From contig BCKZ01000014.1 of NCBI GenBank assembly GCA_001600815.1, forward strand, positions 124,001 through 188,000: a stretch of DNA of 64,000 bases. Reading direction: 5' to 3'. Below are positions 25,727 through 38,747 of this stretch, one piece after another. Numbering within the stretch: position 1 is the first letter of the stretch; each line of letters opens with the position of its first letter. The stretch comes from Alloascoidea hylecoeti. Lineage: Eukaryota. Both the position numbers and the translations under genes were made by a program. Below the pieces are notes generated by a model. The model did no database searches. It was given only the letters and a program-made list of their open reading frames with translations, and was not told the origin of the DNA.

Positions 25727-26851
25727 ATGGGAATTGACATCGAAGTTACGATCCCATCAACATCTATAGAAACTCAAGGTGGTCCATATACACTTTATCA
25801 CATTCTCATTAGGCATAACCTAAGGTCTTATCAATTATTTAAAAGATATTCGGAATTCGTTACATTAGTAAAAGATCTTGAAAATGAGGTTAAACAAGTA
25901 TGCCCATTTAAAATTCCTGGTAAACAATTATTTAAAAGAACTGTCTCAAGTCCTGAATTAACATTAGAAAGAAAAAATGGTCTTGAATTATTTTTAAAAT
26001 CAGTAATTAATGATAAAGATTTAAAATGGAGATCAAGTTTTTCATTTTTAGAATTTTTACAATTGGCTCCTGGTACTTTTAATGATAAAAATAATATTAA
26101 TAATGATGATGGTAGAAATAAAATATTATTAAATGCTTCTTGGTCATTATCATCATCAAAACAAAATGAAACAATTACTGATTCGGCTATATGGTTAGAC
26201 ACAATAAGAGAATGTAAATCTTTATTACAACAGGCAAGATCTCATGTATTAGAGTCACCATCCGAAAGTCGGAAATGTTTAATTATGGTTGGATCAAAAG
26301 TTACTCCATTAATAAAAGGTTTAGAATATTCAAGTAAAAATCAATCTTTAGGTACAGGAGAATTAAGAAGAAGAGGAGATTTATTATTATCATTAAGAAG
26401 AGAATATGGTGAGTTGGATACTTTAATACAGAGATCCACTTCGCATGATTATGAGACAGGAATAGGTTCAACAACATCATCAAATTTACCAGGTTCATTT
26501 CCAAATAATTTAATAGGAAATAATAATAATAATATTAATGGTAATAATCCAAATTCATTATTTTCAGAAGCAACAGCAAGAAGAGTTTTAGGTAAAACAA
26601 TTGGTGAAACAAAAAGAACAAAAAATTTAAATAATCAAGAATTATTACAATTAGAAAAATCAGATTTTGAAAAACAAGATGAATCATTAAAAGAATTAAG
26701 AAAAATTGTACAAAGACAAAAAGAAATTGGATTAGTTATACATGATGAAATTATATTACAAAATGAATTATTAGATGGTTTAGATGATGATGTTGAAAAT
26801 AGTAAAAGAAAATTAACACAAGTTAGGAAAAAAGCTGATAAACTTTTATAA
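25727..26851 (+). CDS. VAM7: Vacuolar PX-domain Qc-SNARE
   Basis: N-terminal PX domain (KRYSEF..L, ERKNGLELFL), GELRRRGDL and a C-terminal SNARE motif (QDESL...QNELLDGLDDDV), with no TM segment. Confidence 0.9.
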   Translation: MGIDIEVTIPSTSIETQGGPYTLYHILIRHNLRSYQLFKRYSEFVTLVKDLENEVKQVCPFKIPGKQLFKRTVSSPELTLERKNGLELFLKSVINDKDLKWRSSFSFLEFLQLAPGTFNDKNNINNDDGRNKILLNASWSLSSSKQNETITDSAIWLDTIRECKSLLQQARSHVLESPSESRKCLIMVGSKVTPLIKGLEYSSKNQSLGTGELRRRGDLLLSLRREYGELDTLIQRSTSHDYETGIGSTTSSNLPGSFPNNLIGNNNNNINGNNPNSLFSEATARRVLGKTIGETKRTKNLNNQELLQLEKSDFEKQDESLKELRKIVQRQKEIGLVIHDEIILQNELLDGLDDDVENSKRKLTQVRKKADKLL

Positions 26852-27925
26852 TTAATCATAAAAAGTTAGTTAATTACAAGAAATATTAATTATTAAAGAG
26901 ATTTGAATTCAAAGGAAGGACATTTTTATATTATTAATCTTTGTGGAAAATTTCAGAATATTTATCTATTACTTTTAATTGCAATTGTAATTTCAATTGC
27001 CCTTTCATTTTTAAGCTTGTTTTTATTGCTACTTATATGGCAACTATTTAGTTATAAGATCTTATATATCCTATACCCTATAGCTACTTAATTAATATAA
27101 ACTAATTAATCATCGATATTAACCATAATATGCTTTAATGGTCATTTCATTACTTTTCATCTTTAGAATTCGAGGAATATGATATATCGATAATTGGACC
27201 ATTACATTTCATCCACAACAATTCAAGTTTCATTTCTTTTTCCAACTAGAAGATAGAAACCTATTTATACTTGCGGTTATATCAGATTTAGTCAATGTCC
27301 AATCAACATCAATGCCCGGTAAATTCCCAAGTTGAATGGTCAAGATTTGAATCCGCTAGATTTAAACGTCAACCAATATATGACAAACAGTAGACAGATT
27401 ATGTATCGGCTTTGAATTATTTCGGCACCAATCAACAAGTAATCTGCAGTATTATAATTACCGATAAAATCATTATAAATATTTAATGAGTTACAAGAAT
27501 CGATATTAAAAGATTATGAAGATCTAGATTCAGATGTTTTTTTTTAAAAATGAGGATAAGAAATTTGCGTACAGAGAGAAAAAAAATCAAATGGTATGGG
27601 TATTTTTATTGCTAATCTACTTATAATGAAGTTAATATGAACTTTTGGATTTATTTAGATTTAAAGAATGATTTATTGAAGAATTAAATATCAAAAGAGT
27701 GAAAGAATTATTTATTTGTGATCATTTAAATTTGTTTAGTCCCGCACAGATTGTTATAATTTTTAGTGTAAGCTTTATAATCCACAAAATATAGAAAAAC
27801 TGGGAAATATTTTTCTCTTCTTTCCGAAAATCCACCACTTTCACTTTCGTTTTCATATTCATATTCATTTTCATTTTATATAAATAATTAGCAGTTCATT
27901 CTGGTCAGTATAATTATATCATAAT

Positions 27926-29206
27926 ATGTATTTTTCGGCCGAAGCTCCCGGGCATATAACCACGCTGACTCAAGAACAGGAGATTTCTCTTAAACAATTA
28001 TGGACCCACGTTTTAACTGCGACGGAATCAAATATCCATGAAGTAGACGAATTAACCTCTGTTAAATCAACACATACTTCTATTTCATTATCAAGTCCAA
28101 GTACAAAACATAATAAAAAAAAACATTTTGGAAAATTACGATTAAAAAGAAATAAATCAAATTCAAAGAAAGATAATAAAAAAGATAAAAAAATTGAAGA
28201 TCCAGAAAAACTTGCAAGTGTTAATGAAATTGAAAGTAATGAAGAATATCATGAAGCTTTATGGACTATGTTAAAACATGATACTCCTGATAATTTACTT
28301 TTACGTTTTCTTAGAGCTAGAAAGTGGAATTCCGAACATGCTTTTAAAATGATAACATCAACATTACATTGGAGATTAAAAGAATATGGAGTAGAAAAAT
28401 TAATGTCTGAAGGAGAACAAAAACCATTTTTTGCCAAAGGTAGTGAAGATGGTTTCATTCATCAATTAGAAATAGGTAAGGCATATATTCATGGTAAAGA
28501 TAAGGAAAATAGAGCACTTGTTGTTGTTAATCCAAGAGTTCATAAACCTTCTGATCAATCTCAAGAAGATATGGAAAAATTCACAGTTTATTTAATTGAA
28601 TTAACAAGATTACATTTAATTGAACCAATTGATAGTGCTACTGTTATTTTTGATATGACTGACTTTTCCATGTCTAATATGGAATATGCTCCAGTTAAAT
28701 TCATGATTGCTATATTTGAAGCCCATTATCCTGAATCCCTTGGTGTTTTATTAATTCATAAAGCTCCTTGGATTTTCCAAGGAATTTGGAAAATAATCAA
28801 GTCATGGTTAGATCCTGTGGTTGCTTCTAAAATCAGGTTTACTAATAATGCTGAAGATATGAATCAGTTTATTGAAATGGAAGATATCCCTAAATCTATG
28901 GGAGGTGATAGTCCATTTGAATATAAATATACTCCTCCAACAAAAGAAGAAGTTTTACCTGTAGATGAAGATACGAAGAACGAACTTCTTAACGAACGCA
29001 AAGACTATATTAATGAATACGAACAAGTCACATTAAAATGGATTGAATCCAATACTCCTGAAGATAATAAAAAATGGTTGGATGAGAAGTTGAAGATTGG
29101 GAAACTGTTGGCTGTTAATTATTGTAAATTGGACCCTTTTGTACGGCCGAGGTCTGTTTATGATAGACAAGGAGGTTTAAAAATCACTCCTGATTTAGTC
29201 AATTAA
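27926..29206 (+). CDS. CSR1: CRAL-TRIO (Sec14-like) phosphatidylinositol transfer protein
   Basis: Motifs PDNLLLRFLRARKW, FDMTDFSMSNMEYAPVKF, FEAHYPESLG, LDPVVASKI and LDPFVRPRSVYDR. Confidence 0.9.
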   Translation: MYFSAEAPGHITTLTQEQEISLKQLWTHVLTATESNIHEVDELTSVKSTHTSISLSSPSTKHNKKKHFGKLRLKRNKSNSKKDNKKDKKIEDPEKLASVNEIESNEEYHEALWTMLKHDTPDNLLLRFLRARKWNSEHAFKMITSTLHWRLKEYGVEKLMSEGEQKPFFAKGSEDGFIHQLEIGKAYIHGKDKENRALVVVNPRVHKPSDQSQEDMEKFTVYLIELTRLHLIEPIDSATVIFDMTDFSMSNMEYAPVKFMIAIFEAHYPESLGVLLIHKAPWIFQGIWKIIKSWLDPVVASKIRFTNNAEDMNQFIEMEDIPKSMGGDSPFEYKYTPPTKEEVLPVDEDTKNELLNERKDYINEYEQVTLKWIESNTPEDNKKWLDEKLKIGKLLAVNYCKLDPFVRPRSVYDRQGGLKITPDLVN

Positions 29207-29371
29207 TACGTTCTTGTCATTTATATATATTGATAATTGTGTTTTGAATTTTTGTATTTATTTGTGAATTCTTTTTGTATTTTTATAGATTTTCAATTTT
29301 TCATAGACATTTTTAATTTTACTTTTTGATGTTTGTAAACCTTCTTTTTCCTCAACACCATAAATTGTTAA

Positions 29372-31808
29372 ATGCCCGTCGACACTACAGAAAGCACCAT
29401 CGTCCAAAAACAGCAACTAATATCCAAGGCCGTGTCTGGCATATATCAAGGTAAATATTTATTCTATTTATCGAATTTTTATCCCCATCTAACGCGTCTT
29501 TTTAAGCCCGGACAAAAACTATTGACCAAAAATCCCTTGCAAAATTCATCGCGACTCTTGAAAATGAAACACCAAAATATGGAATTTCAAAAACCGATCT
29601 TTATCAATTAATAGATCTTATAACATATCCTGATTCAACACTTCAAACGTCTCAGATTAACCAAATTGAAAAATGTTTATACTGTCGTGACTCAATCCCT
29701 GATAGAATTGTTATAAAAATTATTGGATCTTTAGGAACCCCAAATTTATCAATCTCTTCAAAAAGAGAACAAAAATCAAGTAATAATAATAATAATAATA
29801 ATAAAAGAATTTCTCAAGTTTTACAAATAAAATTATTAAATTGGTTAATTTGTATTATTCCATTTTTAGAAAATTCAAGAATATTAATTAATTTATATTC
29901 AATTTTATTTAATTATTTAGGATATGAATATCTAAGAAAACAAATTTCTCATTTATTATTTTTAAATACAAAACCAAATTTTATAAAACCATGGAGAATT
30001 GAATATTTAAAAGAATTATTTTTAAAATTTCCGAATGATAAATCAATTATTTCATTATTATTATATTATAATGAATTTAAATCTAATGAAATTCAATTAA
30101 ATTTTAAAATTATTTATTCAATTTCAAAATTAAAAAATAATATTTTTAAATATCCATCATTAGAATTTTTAAATATTATGAAAAATATAAGAAAAAATTA
30201 TATTTATAATGATGAATCAATTAATAAATCAAATCATTTTGAAAGATCTTTAAAACAAAGAAAAACAAATGATTATTTTACAAAAATGATTCCATATAAT
30301 GAAAAAACTCCAGTTTGTGAAATTTATTCATTAAAACAATTGATTAAAAAAGTTGAAAAATTAGAATTACCTGCTCAATTAGGTGGTCCATTTACGCAAG
30401 TTGATTTATTAATTAAATTATTAGTATTAACAAATGATGGTAAGATTTTTTATCAAAATAGATTTTTATATGAATATACTAATGATAATATTTTTAGAGG
30501 ATATTTTGGAACGTTTAAATTCATGGATTTTATTTCAATTAACTGATAAAGATATAAATGATAAAGAAAAAGAAAATGTTCTTCAACGTGTTTTATATTT
30601 AACACAATATTCAAAAACTTTATTACTATCAATTGAAGTATTTCTTGATGACTATTTAAAAGAATGGGATGGAATTTTATTTGAAGATGTTATTTGGAAA
30701 TTAATTGCATTTTTACCTCCTCAAAGTTGGAATTGTATGTCATTTTCATTATTAATTCTTTAATTTTTAATTTTTGATTATTTATTTCTAACATTTTAAA
30801 AGCTTTTAATAAAAGAGCTTTGAGACCTTTAACTGAATTGTTTTTAATAATGGATGTCTCATGGCAAAATAAATTCTTTAGATGGGCTAGAGATTTACTT
30901 AGAAATTGGTTTGAAGCAACAGTTGATTCCCAATTGTAAGTCAAAGATATCTCCTTTTTTTATTTATTTAAAAACTAACAATTATTTGTTTATTTAGAAA
31001 TGAATGGTCAATGATTGATCAAGAAGATGTTAAAATTTGTGTTACTAAATTCTCATCACGTATTTCAGTTTTAGCATTACACTCATTCAAATCATCAAAT
31101 GATGATATTCAATTACAACTTTCAATTAGTTCATTTTATGAATATGCTGCTTCTTTATCATTTGATGATATAGGTGTTAGAATTTTATTATTACCTCCTG
31201 CTTTAGTTGCAAGATTTTTGTTATCTGGTTCTCCAATTGGTGTTACTAAAGTTTGTGGAATAATTGTATCAACAAGGCCTTTCATTATGGAAAGCGTCTC
31301 AAAACAAAAATATGCTGAATCTATAAGTCTTTATAATTCTTATATTATGGATATTTGTAATTTAATTTGGAGAGGCAGGGGTTTTAGTTCAAAAGATAAC
31401 TCAAGTAAAGGATTTTCATTACAACCTGAATTTATTAATTCATTAGATAATACTAATATTACTGGTGAACAAGAAATTTCAAATTTATTTGGTTTATTTC
31501 ATTCTGCTGCTTTTTCAAGATTATCATCAATGTTTTTAAGAAAAATGGAAGATGATGATTTATCAGTTACTTTACGTCATAAGGGTCCTGTTACTCAAGA
31601 ATCTTATAATGAAAATAAAGATAAAGGTGGACTTAATATTCCTTTTGATCAATTTAGAACAAAATTATTGATGCATTTAGAAGATATTGGATTTGTTGGA
31701 CTTTCGGAATTATTACATAGTTCAATGAGAAGTTTAATTTCTGCAAGGGAGAAATATTTTAAAGAACAAGATGAGAATAGTAATAAAAGAAAAACTATAG
31801 AATTATAA
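29372..31808 (+). CDS. CTF3: Inner kinetochore protein CENP-I / Mis6 / Ctf3 (introns 29451-29506, 30440-30497, 30735-30802, 30936-30997)
   Basis: The spliced frame gives VIKIIGSLG, KPWRIE, KLELPAQL, YLKEWDG, NSYIMDICNLIWR and HKGPVT, matching the Mis6 domain pattern. Four introns join the ORF fragments. Confidence 0.85.
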
Positions 31809-31870
31809 TTTCATAATAATAAATAGCCTCTATGTATACTTTTTTTTTTATTTTTATTTTTTTTGGCTAT

Positions 31871-32041
31871 AATAAAACTATATACAATGTTTAAAACTTT
31901 TAATTTAATTATAAATTCTTTTAATTTTCTTTTTCATTTTTTTCATTTTAAAATAAAACTATATACAATGTTTAAAACTTTTAACTTAATTATAAATTCT
32001 TTTAATTTTCATTTTCATTTTTTTCATTTTAAAATAAAACT
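31871..32041. repeat. 81-bp tandem duplication (about 2.1 copies) covering the NAM2 stop codon and 3' UTR
   Basis: The unit aataaaactatatacaatg...catttttttcattttaa starts at 31871 and 31952, with a partial start at 32033. The two full copies differ at two positions. Confidence 0.9.
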
Positions 32042-34879
32042 AATTGCAGATTTTGAAATAAATGACTTTAAAATATTTTTTGAAATATATTTTTTACCAT
32101 CATTAGTCTCAAGAACTTTTTCAATAATTTTATCTTGATTTTGAATATCAGAAGGAATTGAAATTTCAAATTTAAATTTCCCATTAATAAATACTTTGTA
32201 TTTTTTATTTTTAGAAGGTATTGGATTTTCAATAATTGGCCAAGATTGTGTAAAAACTGATTTCCATTTAACATTTTGAGCTTTAAGTATAGCAGACCAA
32301 GCTTCTTCTGCAATTGATGGAGCAACAGGTGCAATTAATAAAATTAAATCAACATATGCTTTATATATCAATGATGTTGATACTAATGAAGAAGAAGAAT
32401 TTAATCCATTATTTTTAATAAAATCATAAATTGTTTTTGTTAATTTCATATAATCAGAAATAACTGTATTTAATGATAATGTTTTATCAAATGAATTAGT
32501 TATTGACTTAATTTTTAATTGTAATTCATTTGATAATTTTAATTCATTTTTATTCATTTTATCTTCTTCAAAAATTTGTTTTTTAGTTATTAATTTTAAT
32601 TGTTCAGATGAACATGATTCCATAAAATCAGTTAAATCTTCTGCAATTGTTAAGAAACGTCTAAACCATCTTTGAACTCCAACAATTTTAATTTCATCCC
32701 AATTTAAAATATCATTAATTGGAGCTTGGAATAACATATGTGCTCTTACTGAATCAGGACCATATTTCGTAATACATTCTTCTGGATCAGCACCATTATA
32801 TTTTGATTTTGACATCTTTTCATATGAAACTTTTGCTTCCTTTCTAGGGGTTGTTTTCGTATAAACAATATTATCTATTGAATCAAGTTCAATTTCATCA
32901 GGTTTTAAAAATCTACCAGTATCTGGATCAGAATATGTCCTACCATGAACCATACCCTGTGTTACTAAACGTTTAAAAGGTTCACCTTTTAAATCACCAC
33001 CATCCCATAAATTAATTGATGCAAGAAATTTTGATATAAATCTTGAATATAATAAATGTAAAATTGCATGCTCAACGCCACCGATATAAATATCAACAGG
33101 CATAGTTGATGAAGCAGAATCATAAGAAAATGGTTTTGTATTATTTTTTGAATCTGTATACCTAAGAAAATACCATGAACTATCCATAAATGTATCCATT
33201 GTATCTGTATCTCTTTTAGCAGGACCATGACATTCAGGACATGTTGTATTTACAAATTCATCACATGATGCTAATGGATTACCACTACTTTTGCCCTTCA
33301 TATGAATATCTTCAGGTAATAAAACAGGTAGTTGATCATCAGGAACAGGAACTACACCACAGTCATCACAATAGACCATTGGAATTGGAGCACCCCAATA
33401 CCTTTGTCTGCTTATTAACCAATCACGTATTCTATATTGAACCGTTTGTTTAGCTAGATCTGTAGTCTTTTCGAGATCCTCAATTATTGCCTTACCACCT
33501 TCTTTACAAGTTAAACCAACATATTTACCACAATTAGAAGCAAGTTTCCCCACCTTTGAAAAATATGGTTGATCAGCTTCTGTAGCATCTTCTGGATTTA
33601 ATGGATCAATCACCTTTATAATTGGGGATCCAGGCATGTTATTACTCCAAAATTCAAAATCTCTTTGATCATGTCCGGGACATCCCATAACAGCAGCATG
33701 TCCATAACCACCTATAACATATGGAGCAACAAATACAGGAATATCAAATTTATCGGGTGTTAAAGGATTAGAAATGTATATATTTTTAAGTTGATAGCCT
33801 TCTTTTGAAAAATCAGGTAAATTTCCAATTGCAGTAGATGATTTTTCAGATGATTTTATAAAAGATTTTAATTCTTCATCATTTTTTGAAAATTCTTTTA
33901 CTATTGGATGATCTAAAGCCAAAGCCATATATTGAACCCCAAATAATGTATCAGGGCGGGTTGTGAAAGTTTCTATAAACTGTAAATTTTTACCTCTATT
34001 GTTTTCAATTGATAGTGGGAATTTAATATCAGTACCAAAAGATTGTCCTATCCAATTACTTTGCATAGTTTTCACTTTATCAGGCCATTGCTTTAAAATT
34101 GAAAGATCATCATTTAAAGATTTTGCAAATTTTGTTATACCCAAGAACCACTGCTCTAACATTTTCTTTTCAACAATAGCACCAGATCTCCAAGATCTTC
34201 CTTGATCATCAACTTGCTCATTTGCTAAAACAGTTTTATCAATAGGGTCCCAATTAATCTCAGCTTCTTTCCTATAAGCAAGACCTTCTTTATGTAATAA
34301 TAAGAAGATTTTCTGAGTCCATTTATAATAATCAGGTGAACAAGTTCGTAATTCATATTCCCAATCAAAATCAGCAAACATTAAATTCATTTGTTGTTTC
34401 ATTTTTTCAATGTTAGAAACAGTCCATATTTTAGGATCAATTCCCCTTTCAATGGCAGCATTTTCAGCAGGTAAACCAAAGGCATCCCATCCCATTGGGT
34501 TAATAACATCATAGCCTTGCATTCTTCTGAATCTTGATAATACATCACTGATTGTGTAAACTCTAACATGTCCTAGATGGAGCATACCTGATGGATAAGG
34601 AAACATCGATAAGGCATAAAACTTTTTTTTCCTCTCATCATTTTCTTGTGATAATTCTGCTGTAGAAGGTGGTTTAGTATTATGTTCATAAATTGATGAA
34701 CCATTATTTTTCACTTCGTCCCATTTTTTAGACCATTTATTCCCAACATCTTGAAATAGCGTAGCTGAGTTTATATTTAGTTTCGAGCAGCATTTCTGAA
34801 AAGATGAAAACCTGTTTTTCGGTATTAATACTCTTGGAATTTGTTTAGCTAAACTTTTTGATACATAAGGTCTCAGCAT
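32024..34879 (-). CDS. NAM2: Mitochondrial leucyl-tRNA synthetase
   Basis: Motifs MFPYPSGMLHLGH (HIGH), DWLISRQRYWG and KMSKS. Probable start MLRPYVSK (presequence-like) at 34879. Confidence 0.95.
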   Translation of the reverse strand: MLRPYVSKSLAKQIPRVLIPKNRFSSFQKCCSKLNINSATLFQDVGNKWSKKWDEVKNNGSSIYEHNTKPPSTAELSQENDERKKKFYALSMFPYPSGMLHLGHVRVYTISDVLSRFRRMQGYDVINPMGWDAFGLPAENAAIERGIDPKIWTVSNIEKMKQQMNLMFADFDWEYELRTCSPDYYKWTQKIFLLLHKEGLAYRKEAEINWDPIDKTVLANEQVDDQGRSWRSGAIVEKKMLEQWFLGITKFAKSLNDDLSILKQWPDKVKTMQSNWIGQSFGTDIKFPLSIENNRGKNLQFIETFTTRPDTLFGVQYMALALDHPIVKEFSKNDEELKSFIKSSEKSSTAIGNLPDFSKEGYQLKNIYISNPLTPDKFDIPVFVAPYVIGGYGHAAVMGCPGHDQRDFEFWSNNMPGSPIIKVIDPLNPEDATEADQPYFSKVGKLASNCGKYVGLTCKEGGKAIIEDLEKTTDLAKQTVQYRIRDWLISRQRYWGAPIPMVYCDDCGVVPVPDDQLPVLLPEDIHMKGKSSGNPLASCDEFVNTTCPECHGPAKRDTDTMDTFMDSSWYFLRYTDSKNNTKPFSYDSASSTMPVDIYIGGVEHAILHLLYSRFISKFLASINLWDGGDLKGEPFKRLVTQGMVHGRTYSDPDTGRFLKPDEIELDSIDNIVYTKTTPRKEAKVSYEKMSKSKYNGADPEECITKYGPDSVRAHMLFQAPINDILNWDEIKIVGVQRWFRRFLTIAEDLTDFMESCSSEQLKLITKKQIFEEDKMNKNELKLSNELQLKIKSITNSFDKTLSLNTVISDYMKLTKTIYDFIKNNGLNSSSSLVSTSLIYKAYVDLILLIAPVAPSIAEEAWSAILKAQNVKWKSVFTQSWPIIENPIPSKNKKYKVFINGKFKFEISIPSDIQNQDKIIEKVLETNDGKKYISKNILKSFISKSAISFILK

Positions 34880-35060
34880 TTTATCTCCAAGTTTATTGGT
34901 ATATGTCGAAAACTCTCCATAGTTAAGAATACGATCACGTGTGACCACTTACATAAACATCTTTTGAGGTTGCGTTTAATTTTGGAGTCTTTTCGCGTAC
35001 TTTTTCCCTTTAATCCCATATCACTTTATAATTAATTGTATATCTCCTAGCAGATGAAAA

Positions 35061-38000
35061 ATGGATACCATAAATAACGGAAATGGATATTATACACAGA
35101 ATGGAAATATTAATGTAGCAAGGGTATGATTCTTCTTTCAGAGTGTTCAATATCTTGATGAAGTGCATTTATTTAAATTTAAAAGGGACTAACGCGTAAA
35201 CATAATCCAGGCTGGAACTCCTTTCGCACCAACTCAATTACCAAGTTTCTTTGACACACAAGAAACAGAATCAATACAACGAAAATTGGTTAGGAAGTAT
35301 GAGAATAAGTATGCTGCGAAATTAGCAAGATCAACTCAGCACGTAGGTCTGACACAAGAAGATGAGAATGTATGTTGATCAAAATGAAAAAAAGAACAAA
35401 ATGTGGAATTCTTATTAACATTTAATTTAGAAACAATTATGTGCTGGATATATTGAACGGGTCGAATTACAGAACTTTATGTGTCATGAACGGTTTGTTG
35501 TTGAATTAGGTCCAAGAATCAACTTTATAATTGGTCACAATGGTAGTGGGAAGAGTGCTGTTCTTACGGCGATTCTTGTTTGTCTAGGTACAAAAGCATC
35601 TGTAACAAATAGAGGCTCAAAATTAAAATCACTTATTCGTGAAGGTGAAAGCTCCACCAAAATTATTATTCGTTTTAGCAATCAAGGTGATGATGCTTTT
35701 CGACTTTCTGATTTTGGAGAATCTATTACCGTTGAACGAGTAATCAGGAGAGAAGGGTCGTCAGGGTATTCCTTAAAAGATGCCTGGGGAAAGATAGTGT
35801 CAACAAAGAGAGAAGATCTACGTCAAATGATGGAGCATTTTGGTATTGTTGTTGATAATCCAATGGCTTTCTTGTCTCAAGATACTGCAAGATCTTTTTT
35901 AGCTGATACAACTGATGAAATGAAATATGAGTATTTTATGCGTGGTTCTCATTTACAAGATTCTCATAATAATTATTCATTTGCTTTAGAAAATGTTCGT
36001 AAAAGTCAAAGTGAAATTTCTTCTTTTAAAGATACTTATAACCATTTAAGAGCTGAAAGAGAATCAAAAAGAGAAAAATTTGAATTATCAAGACAAAATG
36101 ATAATTTACGTTTTGAATATAATAAATTGCAAGGAAAATTATACTGGAGTTATGTTGAAGAATATGAACGAAAATTAAGTAAAACTTCAAAAGCTTGTGC
36201 TATGATTACTTCTAAAATACAATCTCAAAAAGAATCTATTGACCGTACTCAAGAAGAAATAGAAGCATTAGAAACTGAAATTGGAAAATTTGCAACTGTT
36301 AATAGTGAGCAATATACTACTGCTAAAAACTTTCATGATGAGCAAGTTGAACCAGCTAAGGAAAAGTTAAGTGAAAAGAGAAGAACTCTTGCACAACTTA
36401 AAAGTAATGTTGATACTCTAAATCAAGGTATTAATAGAGATGAACGAGATATTAAGAGGTTAAATTATGAAGCGGAAAAGGAACAAAATCGTCTTAATAA
36501 ATTAAATGAAGGTGGTGCTACCATTTTAAGTGATAGAATTGAAAAATTGAAAATAGAAAAAAAAGAGAAAGATACAGAAATTAGTGAATTAGAAAAACAA
36601 ATGTATGAAATGGTTAAGGATTCAAGAGATTTACAAGAAAAAATGCAATCTATTGCTGAAGAAATCCGATCAAAAAGGCGTACAATAAATGATAATTTAG
36701 CAAGAATTGATGATATTAATCAAAGTAAAAATGATTCTTTAGCTCCTTTTGGTAGAAACATTCAATCCGTTATGAATGAAATTGATAGACAACATTGGGT
36801 TTCTAAACCAAAAGGTCCTGTTGGTCGATATGTTAATATAAAACCTGAGTTTAAGGAATGGAGAACAGTTTTAGATGCACAACTTAGTCGTTCATTAGAT
36901 TCTTTCACTGTTACCAATGGTCAAGATAATTCGAAGTTAAGATCTATTCTTAAGAAATATGGACTTCGAAATCAGATTGTTATGAGAAAAGAAGAATTGA
37001 CTGATTTTTCACAAGGTTTACCCGATTCGAAATATTCAACTATATTTGATGCTTTGGATATTAGTGATGAATTTGTTAAAAGATTTTTAATTGATTCTAA
37101 TAGAATTGAGTCAACTCTTTTAATTAAAAATAGACAAGAAGGAGATTCTGAAATACATTCTAATCCTCTTAAAGTAGTTGGATGTATTTCGTTGGATGAT
37201 ACAGATAATTCAAGTGGTTATTTTATTATGAATAAAAATGGTTCTTCAAGTTCTACACCAATTAATGGAAATCCACAAAATTTACCAAAAATTTCTTCTT
37301 CTTCTAATTCAAAAGTTGAAACTATTAAAAATATTGAAAAATTTATTGAAGATGAAAAAGCAGATATTAGACAATTAGAATTGGAGCACAGACGATTATC
37401 AAGTCAAAGAAGTTCTCAGGCTCAAGGGCCATTGAAAACTGAATTAACAAAGACAAAAGCACGTCGTCAAAGTATTTCACAAGAAATTGATGATCTTCAA
37501 GCTAAAATTGCAGATGTAGATGATGGAAGATTATTATCAATTAAAGCACAAATTGATAACAAATCAACACAATTAGAAATAAAACAAAGCCAACTTAGAG
37601 AGCTTAAAGATGATAAGATACCAGAAGAAATTGAAAATTTAGAAGATCTACAAAAACGTTTAGTGGAGGTAGAAATTCAAGAAGAAGAATATAAAGAAGA
37701 TTATAATAATTCAAAGAAGATTTTAGAAGATAAATCAGTGGAGAAAATCTATAAAGAGAAAGAAAAAGCTTCTAAAGTTAAAGCTGTAGGTCAATATGAG
37801 GATGCTCTCAAAGATGGTAGAGAAAAGGAACAAATACAAGAACAAAAGCTTCAGAAGGCAAAAGTAGCTGCTGTTTCTAAGGTTGAAAGAACTTCGGTTG
37901 AATTGCTTCCAAATGAGACAAGTAGGGATATAAGTGATAAATTGGATGCTGTTGAAAGGCAACTAAGAAATGCAGAGTTACTTCTCGATGCATCACACGA

Positions 38001-38580
38001 GCGAATTGTTGAGGAATATAATGAAGCCGAAACAAAATACAAACAAGCAGAACTCATGTTAAAACAATTAAAAGAGAATGAAAAACTATTAAGCGAAGAT
38101 TTAGAATTGAGGGAAAGAGCATTTCAAGAGAGTCGAAATGAGACAATTTCCAGAGCAAGTGTTGAATTTAGTGCTTCTTTAGCGCAAAGAGGGTTCGAAG
38201 GAAGACTCGATTTTGATAATGTTGCTAGAAGATTGAGACTAGTCGTTCATACGGGGAGTGATGCTAATTCATCTGCTAGAAAAACAAATTCACTATCAGG
38301 TGGTGAAAAATCATTTGCTCAGATATGTTTGTTATTAGCTATTTGGAAGCCAATGATGTCAAGAATTCGTGGTTTAGATGAATTTGATGTTTTTATGGAT
38401 TCCGTTAATAGAGAATTAGGCATGAAATTGATGATTGAAAGTCTCCGTCAAGAAGCAAATGCTCAAACTATTTTCATTACACCACAAGCTATGGGTAATG
38501 CTATCAAAGCTGGAGTAGATGTAAAGATCATTAGAGTTCAAGATCCAAGACGCCATGTAAATTCTGATAACAGGACTTAG
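35061..38580 (+). CDS. SMC6: Structural maintenance of chromosomes protein 6 (exons 35061-35123, 35211-35369, 35431-38580)
   Basis: Motifs NFMCH, GHNGSGKSAVLTA, LSQDTARSFL, LSGGEKSFAQICLLL and LDEFDVFMD. Two introns with GACTAAC/ATTAAC branch sites. The exon 1-2 assignment is less certain. Confidence 0.95.
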
Positions 38581-38747
38581 ATATTTGAGATTTATTTAAT
38601 TAGGGTTCAATTTACCTTTGTATTTTAATGGGGATATAGTGCATATGATAATTATAATGAAAAGAACTTTAGTATTTGCTACACAATACATGCAAATGAA
38701 ACTATACAATATTTGCTTTAAATATTGATTAACTAATTATATTAAAA

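Noticed and set aside
27400..27760. Coding-like debris (also at about 14400-14760, 44950-45150, 51700-52030 and 59270-59530)
   Set aside because: Looks like decayed ORF sequence but no family could be recognised with confidence. BLASTX would be needed.
27926..27990. Possible alternative CUG decoding (Ser or Ala)
   Set aside because: CTG occurs at positions expected to be Leu or hydrophobic (Csr1 HITT-L-TQEQE; Elp1 HPEKA-L-TL), consistent with the standard code. The sample is small.
31863..32138. 91-aa ORF with an internal repeat
   Set aside because: By-product of the 81-bp tandem duplication, antisense to the NAM2 end.
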